The notes under the pieces were generated by a model. It was given only the letters and a program-made list of their open reading frames with translations, did not search any database and had not been told where the DNA came from. A program made the translations under genes and the position numbers. A stretch of 63,226 nt of DNA, filler included, from Nemertoderma westbladi (lineage: Eukaryota > Animalia > Xenacoelomorpha), in NCBI GenBank assembly GCA_032718475.1. It is 4 parts of 4 records of this genome, joined end to end, with 100 filler letters (N's around TTAATTAATTAA, not from the genome) between each part and the next. Parts side by side here need not be neighbours in the genome. Positions count along the whole stretch, not along the records: positions 19,722 to 46,140 come from JAUCBJ010004957.1; 3 more parts are not named here. One strand, written 5' to 3'. Below are positions 25,196 to 36,761 of the stretch, piece by piece; the first letter of the stretch is position 1, and each line of letters begins with the position of its first letter.

Positions 25196-26565
25196 GGCGA
25201 GTCAATCTAGCCGAAAAAGGGGGTCAACCCATAACAAATTCGCAATTCATCCAAACCAATTTTTTTTTATTCTACATTAACTTGTTAATACCCCCAAAAA
25301 AGTCTATAAAAATATATTATGCGGATCACCTTCAATTTCCTGTTTCTTTCCTTAGCAACAAGGTATTTACATAGCATCAAGGGGTCTATTGGTGGGATTT
25401 TCTCCAAATTTGGTACAGACAAACTTTACTCTAATCACTATCGCTCGACAGAAGTGTGCACTTCTATATAATTACCAATTTAGTTTCCAGAGCAACGGAA
25501 ATTTGTCTAATAATTTAACCATTTTTAATACCAATTTTGCTGGTACAATATAGGGACCTTATTTACACAACTTCTCTACTAAACGGGAGGATGTAACCTC
25601 GCCCATCGGATATATCGACCTCAAAAACCCTTATCCCCAAAAAATTTATTTGTTATATGATAAACTATTGTGGTTTCTAAACTAAAACAAATAAATAATT
25701 TACACCTAAAATCAATAGAGAGGTCATGGCGTCCAATAGGGCTTGACGATGCGCAGGGATGTGGGCGGTGCGTTAGAAGAGGGGGAATTCAGCGAGGCTC
25801 GTGAGGATCTCGCTGCTCTGGAGAAGGATTACGAGGAGGTTGGAGTTGATAGTGGTGGAGCCGAAGATGAGGAGGGAGAGCAGGAATATTAGATGTACAT
25901 TTTACAAACTCTATTCATTCAGCCGTCACTACTAGAAATCTGCTACTTTTAGCGATAATAATTGGTTTAGTTTTTTGTATTACATCTTTAATCATAGTTA
26001 GTTATACAGATTCATTTGCTTCAGGTATTATATCCGTATATTCCGTTCTCGAACAGACAATAATTATAGTATATTCCGTTCTCTAAATTCAATAGAACAG
26101 CAATCACAATTTCATTATGTGAAAAATCTTCACTAACATTAATGGAAATTATTAAATTTGCTTGCAGTGGAATTGTAAAATTTTTGTTACAACAGTACCT
26201 TAATATATCGTGAAGTTTTTGATATATTTAAAAATTTGATGCGACGTCTAGTTACCGAGATATAGCAATTAATGTGTAACACGCCTATGTAAATATTACT
26301 AATTTCCCATTGAATCACAGCTTATTGTGAAATTAATTAAATTATTCTGGAACATCACCAATTTGCTACTTACTTTTCCCTACTGTTCCTTTTGTTTGGC
26401 TTGTGTTATGCAAATTTACGCAGAATTTCCATGAATAAACATATGATCCGCAAAATAAAATTTTGTAGACTTTTTTTGGTCATTAATAAGGTAATATAGA
26501 ATCCAAAATATGTGGTTCGGATTGATTGCGAAATACTTATGGGTTTTTTGCTAGATTGACTCGAC
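25196..26565. mobile_element. Non-autonomous TIR element (~130-bp imperfect TIRs) carrying an alpha-tubulin fragment
   Basis: CGAGTCAATCTAGC...AACCCATAA...TTCGCAAT...AAAAAAGTCTA...TGCGGATCA at 25198-25329 is the reverse complement of 26443-26563. Confidence 0.72.
25776..25892 (+). pseudogene. TUBA: Alpha-tubulin C-terminal fragment with stop and probable 3' UTR
   Basis: Translates [38 protein letters not shown]; no upstream tubulin sequence seen in the window. Confidence 0.92.
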
Positions 26566-27224
26566 TAGAGGGCCAGCAACAAGTTGTTGAAACAAGTTTC
26601 GGAAACAAATCGAAAAAACAAGTTTCTGTGTGTGAGGGGGGGGGGGGGGAGGGGTCCAGCAACAAGTTTCAGAAACAAGTTGCATAAACAAGTTGCCCCG
26701 TATAAGGGCCTTAGGGCTACAATCGTGAGTATTGGTTTTGTTAAACATGGCCATTCAGATGTTGTAGATCCCATTTTGAAACTGCTTGCGTTTGTTTATT
26801 TAAAAATCTGAGAATACAATCTAAGTAAAATGTACAAAAAGTGCCAAATTTTTCGAACAAAATGTTTTATAAGGTATACACAGTTTTCATAGTAAATGAT
26901 CACAGAACATTGTGTTAAAATTTCAGAATAGTAGCATTATAAATAAAAATGATAAATTTCATATAATATTCCTCTTCATTAATTGATTATTGCCGATGGT
27001 GGTCAGGCTTCCAAGACATGCTTATGGATTTTGTTCATATTATGCTATCCAAATTCCTTAGCAGCTATAAACTTCCACTTTATTAAGTAGAAGTTGGTAA
27101 TCTGTTAGCATATTAGAATGCATGGTGACGTCATCCCGTTAGTTACTGAATGAGCAGGATGACTGTATTGTAGCTGCTGTTCTACGATCGTGTAGAGTCA
27201 ACTTAACATCATTGCTACTACAGT

Positions 27225-28003
27225 AGTGTGTTTTGTGCACACCCCCACCCCCCCCCCCCCCCCCCCCCCCCTCTCAATGTTTTTATACGAGCTAGTTTTT
27301 GTTACTTTTTTTTAATTTTCTAGAACATATAATCGATTCATTTAATATAGAAATTTTGTTCTAGAACAAATATTTTTTGTTAAAAAATAGAAAAAAACTA
27401 GCTAATTTGTTTATCTTTTTCATTTTTTATTGTATGTTATCTTTGTATAAATTTTTTAAACTAGCTAGTTTTTGTTTCCATTTAAAAAAATTGTCTAGAG
27501 TATATTATCTATTCATTTAATATAAAAATTTTGTTCTAGAACAAAAAAAACAAAATAAAACTAGCTACTTTGTTAATTTTGTTAATTTTGTTAATTTTTA
27601 ATTCTATGTTATCTTTGTATCACATATATGTAATAAAAATCACTAGCTAGAATGACAATTTGTAGTTGTTAGTAATTGTTTTAAACACTTAATAATCAAA
27701 TAAAAACACAACAAAATAACATTTTTTAAAAATGTTCTAGAACAAAAATATTTGTTCTAGAACATTATACTTATTACAAAATTAAATAGACTATTTGTTC
27801 TAGAATATTTTTAAAAATTAAAAGAAAAACTAGCTTTGATAACTTCAAAAATACCTATTTAATTAATTTTGTTCTAGAACAACAATGATTTGTTCTAGAA
27901 CAAAATTAATAAAAAAAAATGAATAGACAATATGTTCTAGAACATTAAAAAAAAGTAATAAAAAACTAGCTATTTTAGTGGGGGGGTGTACACAAAACAC
28001 ACT
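27225..28003. mobile_element. Foldback MITE (~780 bp)
   Basis: TIR AGTGTGTTTTGTGYACACCCCC; interior largely palindromic, with about 9 TTCTAGAA and repeated AACTAGCTA motifs. Confidence 0.75.
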
Positions 28004-28031
28004 TAGTAACAACATCATCACCAGTTGAGGC

Positions 28032-29616
28032 TGTGGGGCGAGCCACGAAGTGAGTGAGCCTTAGCGTAGTGGTACCATTAATCAACCTGTCGTTCTGTCG
28101 TTCTGTCGTTCTGTCGTTCTGTCGTGTTCAATTTTAAACGTTAATAACTCGGCCAATCTTTGATGAAATCTATCCAAACTTGGTACACATGTTGTTTGGC
28201 AAAAGTTTAGAAATTTTCCAAGTAGAATTTCAGTGTGGCCTTCGAGAAGCTAAGATAATAGCAGTTAATTAGTTAATTAAGTTATTACGGTAAAAACACC
28301 ATTTTCAACCTGCCTTTTAAAGGAAATTAATTGTTTTACAGTATAAGATTTAAATAATTATAATTAAAAATTATACAGATGTAATCCCCATACGCCATTC
28401 TATTATAGTTTTTAATTAGTTCAAGTGATTTGCTTTAATAATTGTGTCTTTAATTGATCTAAAGTAATTAAAACGGCAAAAAAAATTTATTCTCATTAAA
28501 TACTGCTCATTTATTGGCCAACATGCTGGTACATAGATGGGATGTGTGTGTCATTCCCAGTTGCTGGGAATGATTATTGGTCAAGTCTCTGCTGCTGGCT
28601 GGGAGTTGTTGCTAAGACTAACCAGAGAGGAATAGTAATAGACAACCAGTATTGCTATTCCAGCCCAGACAGCATTCTTTAAATTCACTATAAATGTTGT
28701 ATTGCTATCTCAGGTGAATGACAGATATCATAACATAAATACTATCCATGGCATGGCTGTTGTGTAGGCTTCTGAAATAGTTTATTCCACAATGTATATG
28801 TCTGGTTATTTTTTAATTGAATTTTTGCAAAGTAGTAAAATTAATGTTCTTAAAAATAATATTATTATTTTATATGTAACCTAGGAAATTAGCTACATTT
28901 TTTCGCTGCAGCTTTAAGAGTGTACATTAATTTAATATTATTTCAATACCCATATTACTACATCGGCATAAGATGCGTTGGCGTTGTATCACACATCTCC
29001 ACATATCACACATATCCACATAGATGTATCAACAGTTACTCGCACAGTTTCGAAACTTCGCATAGTTATAACTGTATAAAGATCGTCAGTCTGCGTTTAG
29101 GAAAAATATTTTATAACAAAACAGGACAAGCGACGAGCGCAACGAGGCATATAATGAAGACGAGTACTGCGTTGACTAAATTATTATATAAACCACCTGG
29201 CTTCACATATTGATCGCATCCCTAGTTATTATTATTATAAAGAACGTCCTAGCCTGCGTTTAAGAAATATATTTAAATACAAAACAGGACGAACGCAACG
29301 AGGCTTATAATGAATACGAGTACCTACTGCGTTTATTATATTCCTATAAACCACCTGGCTTTGCATATTGAACGTGCGATTGGAAATAAGTTCGTGCTAC
29401 CCTTCCGTGGGTGGTAGATGTCGCGGTTATGTATTGGTGGTTGGGAAGGGTGGGGGGGGGGGGATTAAAAGGGGTGAACACGTACTGTCCCCCTTTCTTT
29501 GATTGATTGGTGGTGTGGGTAAATTTCTCAAAACCTGATTTTGTGATACAGTCGCTCAATTTTAATTTGTATCTCATAACTGGGCCTCGTGCTGCGCGAA
29601 GGCCCCACGAACGTGT
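28032..29616 (-). mobile_element. HINE-like element copy 3, uninterrupted (~1.58 kb)
   Basis: Reverse complement of copy 1; (CTGTCGTT)n microsatellite at 28087-28125; bounded by TGT on both sides (ACA in element orientation). Confidence 0.85.
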
Positions 29617-30620
29617 ACTCATTGGGTTATACATACAATACAATAATGGGTATTACCGTAATGGAGCCAATGTGTAGATTTTCGCAGCTTTTTGCAGACC
29701 GATCCAGCCAGTGTTGAGAAAAACTCAGTTTCACCATCACCATTTTGGCGAGGGTAACTGAGCTTCAATCAGTATCACAATATAACAACCCATACAGGAG
29801 GTACCAGTGGCGGTATGGTTATGATGGATGTTGCCGGTACTTCACTATTCTAGATTTAGTCGGGATCTACATTGGGGATCTAAAATTCTAAACGAATGAA
29901 ATACGCTCGACCCTCTTGGGAAGCAAGTTGCCGTACTTCCCAATCGCTTGGTTTCCTTAATTCAGAACTTAACAATTTAATCCCGGGCGTTCCACGTTAG
30001 CATTTTTGGAGTCTCCGGAGAAAATGGGTTTTAAGACCCCCTTCCATATTACATCTTAATTTCAACTGAACGTTAGAAAATACATAACAAGCTTGAAAAG
30101 AAGCTTGAAAAAAAGCTTGTAAAAAAGCTAGAAAAACAGCTCAAAAAAAAGCTCAGAATACCTCACATAAAAAAGCAACGCGGAAACGGGCCTTAAACCC
30201 ATTTTGTCCCCTAATGTGGGCATTAAAGTATTTATTTTTGTCCTCCAATTTGCTGACAATAAAGGGGATAACTTAACGAAAGATAGTATTTTAGAATATA
30301 AAAAATTAAAGCCAAAAATTATAGATCTTATTTTTCAGCGCCAATGGCAACAATAATTATATTCTAGAATTGTATGACATATGATTAGCGGGGCCAGTAG
30401 ATATCTTTGAAAAACACGCGACGAATTTTGAGTTCTTGGAATACTACAGACTGTTTGATATATTGTTGTTTCCAATGACAACCGGTGATAACACCAAGTA
30501 GGATAGCGATGCAGATTTGTTATCATTTCATAATGAAAGGCCAAAAGATAGGTTTTCCCAAAAAAAATAGCTGCATTATATAAATTTATAGCTGCACCAC
30601 CACTAACCATGTGGATATAC

Positions 30621-30728
30621 CTAGCTCTGAGTCGGCGTTCGCTATCACGATGGACGTGTCAGCCAGAGCTGCTTCCGCACAGGTCTCTTGGTAGCAGACC
30701 AGAACCCTGCACACACCCCAGGGATGAC
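30621..30728 (-). pseudogene. Isolated phase 1-1 candidate exon (possible C-type-lectin-domain remnant)
   Basis: CAG acceptor, TAG/GTATAT donor, 108 nt, GC-rich, open as HPWGVCRVLVCYQETCAEAALADTSIVIANADSEL. Confidence 0.35.
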
Positions 30729-33542
30729 CTGATGTATTTACCAATATCCACTGTATTTACCAATACCTGCTGTATATGCCAATATCAGCTTTATTTACCA
30801 GTACCTGATGTATATACCAATATCAGCTGTATTTACCAGTACCTGTTGTATATACCAATATCAGCTGTATTTAACAGTACCTGATGTATATACCAATATC
30901 AGCTGTATTTAACAGTACCTGATGTATATACCAATATCAGCTGTATTTAACAGTACCTGATGTATATACCAATATCAGCTGTATTTAACAGTACCTGATG
31001 TATATACCAATATCAGCTGTATTTAACAGTACCTGATGTATATACCAATATCAGCTGTATTTACCAGTACCTGATGTATATACCAATGTATATACCAATA
31101 TCAGCTGTATTTACCAGTACCTGATGTATATACCAATATCAGCTCTATTTAACAGTACCTGATGTATATACCAATATCAGCTGTATTTAACAGTACCTGA
31201 TGTATATACCAATATCAGCTGTATTTACCAGTACCTGATGTATATACCAATATCAGCTGTATTTAACAGTACCTGCTGTATATACCAATATCAGCTGTAT
31301 TTAACAGTACCTGATGTATATACCAATATCAGCTGTATTTAACAGTACCTGATGTATATACCAATATCAGCTGTATTTACCAGTACCTGATGTATATACC
31401 AATATCAGCTGTATTTAACAGTACCTGATGTATATACCAATATCAGCTGTATTTACCAGTACCTGATGTATATACCAATATCAGCTGTATTTACTAGTAC
31501 CTGATGTATATACCAATATCAGCTGTATTTAACAGTACCTGATGTATATACCAATATCAGCTGTATTTACCAGTACCTGGTGTATATACCAATATCAGCT
31601 GTATTTACCAGTACCTGCTGTATATACCAATAATATCAGCTGTATTTACCAGTACCTGCTGTATATACCTAATAACAGCTGTATTTACCAGTACCTGCTG
31701 TATATACCAATATCAGCTGTATTTACCAGTACCTGATGTATATACCAATATCAGCTGTATTTACCAGTACCTGCTGTATATACCAATATCAGCTGTATTT
31801 ACCAGTACCTGATGTATATACCAATATCAGCTGTATTTACCAGTACCTGCTGTATATACCAATATCAGCTGTATTTACCAGTACCTGATGTATATACCAA
31901 TATCAGCTGTATTTACCAGTACCTGCTGTATATACCAATATCAGCTGTATTTACCAGTACCTGCTGTATATACCAATATCAGCTGTATTTACCAGTACCT
32001 GATGTCTATACCAATATCAGCTGTATTTACCAGTACCTGCTGTATATACCAATATCAGCTGTATTTACCAGTACCTGATGTATATACCAATATCAGCTGT
32101 ATTTACCAGTACCTGCTGTATATACCAATATCAGCTGTATTTACCAGTACCTGCTGTATATACCTAATATCAGCTGTATTTACCAGTACCTGATGTATAT
32201 ACCAATATCAGCTGTATTTACCAGTACCTGATGTATATACCAATATCAGCTGTATTTACCAGTACCTACTGTATATACCAATATCAGCTGTATTACCAGT
32301 ACCTGATGTATATACCAATATCAGCTGTATTTAACAGTACCTGATGTATATACCAATATCAGCTGTATTTACCAGTACCTGATCTATATACCAATATCAG
32401 CTGTATTTACCAGTACCTGATGTATATACCAATATCAGCTGTATTTACCAGTACCTGCTGTATATACCAATATCAGCTGTATTTACCAGTACCTGCTGTA
32501 TATACCAATATCAGCTGTATTTACCAGTACCTGATGTATATACCAATATCAGCTGTATTTACCAGTACCTAATGTATATACCAATATCAGCTGTATTACC
32601 AGTACCTAATGTATATACCAATATCAGCTGTATTTAACAGTACCTGATGTCTATACCAATATCAGCTGTATTTACCAGTACCTGATGTATATACCAATAT
32701 CAGCTGTATTTACCAGTACCTAATGTATATACCAATATCAGCTGTATTACCAGTACCTGATGTATATACCAATATCAGCTGTATTTAACAGTACCTGATG
32801 TATATACCAATATCAGCTGTATTTACCAGTACATGATGTATATACCAATATCAGCTGTATTACTAGTACCTGATGTATATACCAATATCAGCTCTAGGTC
32901 TGCCCGTGAACGCCCAGCAGGCACATATCAGGACATCGCCCAAGCCTCCATCCGGTTGGCAAATGCTGATACAAGAATAAACAAATTTTGAAATTCCCGC
33001 TAAGCCAAGCAACATTGTACAGTAGCCTGGTGGTGGGTGAGGTTTTTCTTATTTTTTATAACTTTTATGTGTCTTTTTATATATTTGTCAAGTTTGTCAA
33101 TAAAAATAAAAAAAGCACTAAGCAGCCAAAAAAAAAAAATATCAGCTGTATTTAACAGTACCTGATGTATATACCAATATCAGCTGTATTTACCAGTACC
33201 TGATGTATATACCAATATCAGCTGTATTTACCAGTACCTGCTGTATATACCAATATCAGCTGTATTACCAGTACCTGATGTATATACCAATATCATGTGT
33301 ATTTAACAGTACCTGATGTATATACCAATATCAGCTGTATTTACCAGTACCTGATGTATATACCATTATCAGCTGTATTTACCAGTACCTGATGTCTATA
33401 CCAATATCAGCTGTATTTACCAGTACCTGCTGTATATACCAATATCAGCTGTATTTACCAGTACCTGCTGTATATACCAATATCAGCTGTATTTACCAGT
33501 ACCTGATGTATATACCAATATCAGCTGTATTTACCAGTACCT
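30728..33542 (+). repeat. 38-bp tandem satellite (two related 19-mers: TATACCAATATCAGCTGTA + TTTACCAGTACCTGATGTA)
   Basis: About 2.8 kb highly homogeneous array, interrupted at 32894-33137. Confidence 0.97.
32894..33137 (+). mobile_element. 5'-truncated retroposed insertion with poly(A) tail and target-site duplication
   Basis: AATAAA near 33099, A-tract 33128-33139, AATATCAGCT duplicated at 32884-32893 and 33138-33147. Confidence 0.82.
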
Positions 33543-33888
33543 ATACTGTAGGCCTATATATAACACATACACTCCGCTGTACCTGTGATATTTGTCCACA
33601 TTTGGTAGTTGAAAGGATTGATTTTGATCAATAGATGGAAACTTATCCATACTCGTGTCGTTACTATGTCTTCATTATATCACTACTTTTAGTTAAATGT
33701 CAACGTTGACTAACCATATCCAGAACTCTACTGTCAAAGAATCTATTTTTTTTCTGCTAGAGTTTAACTACTTTTATAATTTATAAAATATTTGACGTTA
33801 TTTAATATACAATATGTACTTTTTTTATTTTAAGTGGAAATTATTTTTTTATCTTTTTAATTGATTAATTTTCGCGACGTTATTATTT

Positions 33889-33936
33889 GGGATCGAACTG
33901 GTGACCTCCAGTTGGAAGTCAAGCGCTCTAACCATT
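33889..33936 (-). pseudogene. tRNA-like fragment
   Basis: Minus strand TGGTTAGAGCGCTTGACTTCCAA...AGTTCGATCCC; partial A/B boxes only. Confidence 0.35.
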
Positions 33937-34207
33937 CTAATAGCAACTCATTAAAAGGGATTCCTGGAAATAACACCTGATATGTTTTATGTCTGCAATT
34001 TATGTCCTTATTGCCTCCCATCTGTTAATAACATAATCTTAACTATTAATTAATTGCTCATTATTATTCTAGAAAAAATTAAAGGGTACTACTATATCAT
34101 GGTATTCTAGTGATATTCTCGTATAACTCTTCAAAGTAATCACTCACTTAGTAACAATACACTTCTAAAACACGTCGTGAGTATTCTCCATTAATGAAAC
34201 AACAACA

Positions 34208-34345
34208 GCTAGCTGGTGGAGTGCTCACTCGCTTTTCTTCTAGCTGGGAGGTCCCGGGTTCGATCCCTTGCCGAGCCAACTACAAATACGTAACTGGTGC
34301 CCCAACCCAGCGATATGGGAACCTGGTTTGTACTGGGGGAGTTTA
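34208..34345 (+). mobile_element. tRNA-derived SINE fragment
   Basis: B box GGTTCGATCCC followed by CAACCCAGCGATATGGGAACCTGG, shared with the SINE at 58253-58530. Confidence 0.55.
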
Positions 34346-35356
34346 TAAAAGGGTTGGGTACAAATTACATTTTGTAATATTTTTATTCTAGGCTAAGCCG
34401 TCAAATTCGTCTTAATGCCGTCAGAACAAGACGTTCTAGGACTACAAGGCCATGCAGCCGTGCGGGACTGGAGGCGGACTGGAGGCAAACTATTTTTTGT
34501 TATATTTCACAATATATAATCACTCATTTTACGAATACTACAACAAATTTTAGAAAATTATATTCTGGAAATATAATTATTATAAATTCATTATTGTGTT
34601 GTACGTGTTTTCGATAAGGTGTTCTAAACTGTAGGGAATTACGGTGGAATTTACTAGCTAATTTGAGTGTTTAAGTTACAAAGCGAAAACACACTGGAAA
34701 TTTAATGTAAATGCCAAATTAAAACTCTTTTACATATTTATAAAATTAACTTTACTAACCCATCAAATCGATCGCATGTTAAATATTCTAGAACGTTTCT
34801 GGGGCACTACTACAGTATGCGTACCCATAACCGGGATATTTTTTGTAGTTGCTAATTTTTGCTACTTTTTTTGGTAACAGTTCCGTATAGAACTGCATTT
34901 TTATAAATGCTTGCTAACGATATTGATTAACACAACATTTTTGGCTATATATTCATTCTTCGGTACTAGCTACCAGTAACGTTCTAGAATATTTAACATG
35001 CAATCAATTTGATGGGTTAGATGAACAAAAATTAAAGTTAGTTTTATAAATATGTAAAAGTGTTTTAATTTATCATTTACATTAAATTTCCAGTGTGTTT
35101 TCGCTTTGTAACTTAAACACTCAAATTAGCTAGTAAATTCCACCGTCATGAAAACCTACAGTTTAGAACACCTTATCGAAAACACGTACAACACAATAAT
35201 GAATTTATAATATTTCCAGAATAGAATTTTCTAAAATTTATTATAGTATTCGAAAAATGCGTGATTATAAAATATAACAAGAAATAAATTAATAAGTAAT
35301 TAAACAGGACTAAGGATGATCCAACTCTATAGCAAATGGAGCGGAAAAAATGAATT

Positions 35357-35428
35357 CGCCACCAGCGGGGATTGAACCCGCGTCTCCCGATAAACGTTAA
35401 GGTATGCTAACCACTACACCACGGAGGC
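35357..35428 (-). pseudogene. tRNA-like gene copy 1 inside the foldback element
   Basis: GCCTCCGTGGTGTAGTGGTTAGCATACC...GCGGGTTCAATCCCCGCTGGTGGCG; A and B boxes intact, anticodon arm aberrant. Confidence 0.6.
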
Positions 35429-35771
35429 TCCTGCATCCTTTCGATTAATTTTCTATAGGTGGTAAGGTACCTTACGGTTGCTATTGAATACAGTCCTCCT
35501 TACGGATGGATTTAATCTGTATTCTAATACCGTAACAGTTATGACCTGTACTGCAAACGAATCTCATTGTTTATATGTTTTAACATCCATAGATTGTATA
35601 AATTAATAAGTAATTAAACAGGACTAAGGATGATCCAACTCTATAGCAAATGGAGCGGTAAAAATACAGATTAAAGGATACAGATTAAAACCATCCGTAA
35701 GGAGGACTGTATTCAATAGCAACCGTAAGGTACCTTACCACCTATAGAAAATTAATCGGAAAGATGCAGGA

Positions 35772-35843
35772 GCCTCCGTGGTGTAGTGGTTAGCATACCT
35801 GAACGTATATCGGTAGACGCGGGTTCGATCCCCGCTGGTGGCG
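35772..35843 (+). pseudogene. tRNA-like gene copy 2 (inverted partner)
   Basis: Cloverleaf with GGTTCGATCCC T arm; anticodon loop ACGTATA lacks U33; TTTTT tract shortly downstream. Confidence 0.6.
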
Positions 35844-35922
35844 AATTTACTTTTTCCGCTTCATTTGCTATAGAGTTGGATCTTCCTAAGTTCTGTTTAA
35901 ATTACTTAATAATTTATACAAT

Positions 35923-36761
35923 AAATAATAATTAATAATTAAATGCTTGAGTTAATACAATTATTTTATTCTTTAATTGTCAAGCTGAAGTAAAAACCTT
36001 ACTTTTCAACTTTAAAACCAAAACTTTTCGTTCATAGGCTACGTGGTCTAGTACCGAGATCTTGCGCACGGCCAGTGCGGTTTGTTTACACAACTGCCAA
36101 ACTGCGCCAATCACTGCCATCATTGAAACATCCGGTTCCCGATATTCTGGCTTCTAACGTCGTGTATTCATTTGCTTGTCCCTCTTGTAAGGGGGAATAT
36201 GTTGGACATACCATCCAACACTTATTTGAACGCGTTAGACAGCATCAAGACGGGTCGGCCAATGATGGTAGTGAACAAGGCAAGACAGTTCACAACCATA
36301 TCATGACGCACCGCGGGGAGCCCAACACACGTTGGTTGACCGACTGGTGAGAGTTGTTCAAACACTTCAAGGTTATTGCACGGCACCCTTTGCGTCCTGT
36401 CCTGCAAAAACTAGAAATGTTATATACGCACTCGCCAGCCAGCTATTAACAAGCAGAAACGTGATTGGCGCAAGTTTGAGGTGCTGCTTCCCAGTGGTTA
36501 GACGGATACACTTCTACCTTGTTTCACTTTACCGTCCCGTCTCCCTTGGGAACTTCTATCTATTGTCTCCTTTCTAGCACTAGCTACTTGAGAAAGCCCC
36601 CATTGGGGCGAAACCTACTGATGAGCTGACAGCCGTCAGCTGATCACTGATTGCATGCAACGTGTAATGGTCAGTTGCTTTTTTATTTTAGTATTTGTAT
36701 CGTACTGTATTTGCATACCTACCGGTAAGGTTTTTACTTCAGCTTGACAATTAAAGAATAA
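35923..36761 (+). mobile_element. 5'-truncated Penelope-like retroelement (GIY-YIG endonuclease remnant)
   Basis: NVVYSFACPSCKGEYVGHTIQHLFERVRQH is the Penelope GIY-YIG signature; 43-bp inverted terminal segment (35960-36002 vs 36725-36767); 15-bp AATAATTTATACAAT duplicated at 35908-35922 and 36762-36776. Confidence 0.85.

Noticed and set aside
30728-33542. CRISPR-like array and YIPISAVFTST repeat ORFs
   Set aside because: Head-to-tail identical units with no unique spacers, no cas genes, eukaryotic context; the ORFs are translations of the satellite
35772-35843. Functional tRNA-Tyr(GTA)
   Set aside because: Anticodon loop lacks U33, stems have mismatches, and the inverted twin has a different loop (GTT)
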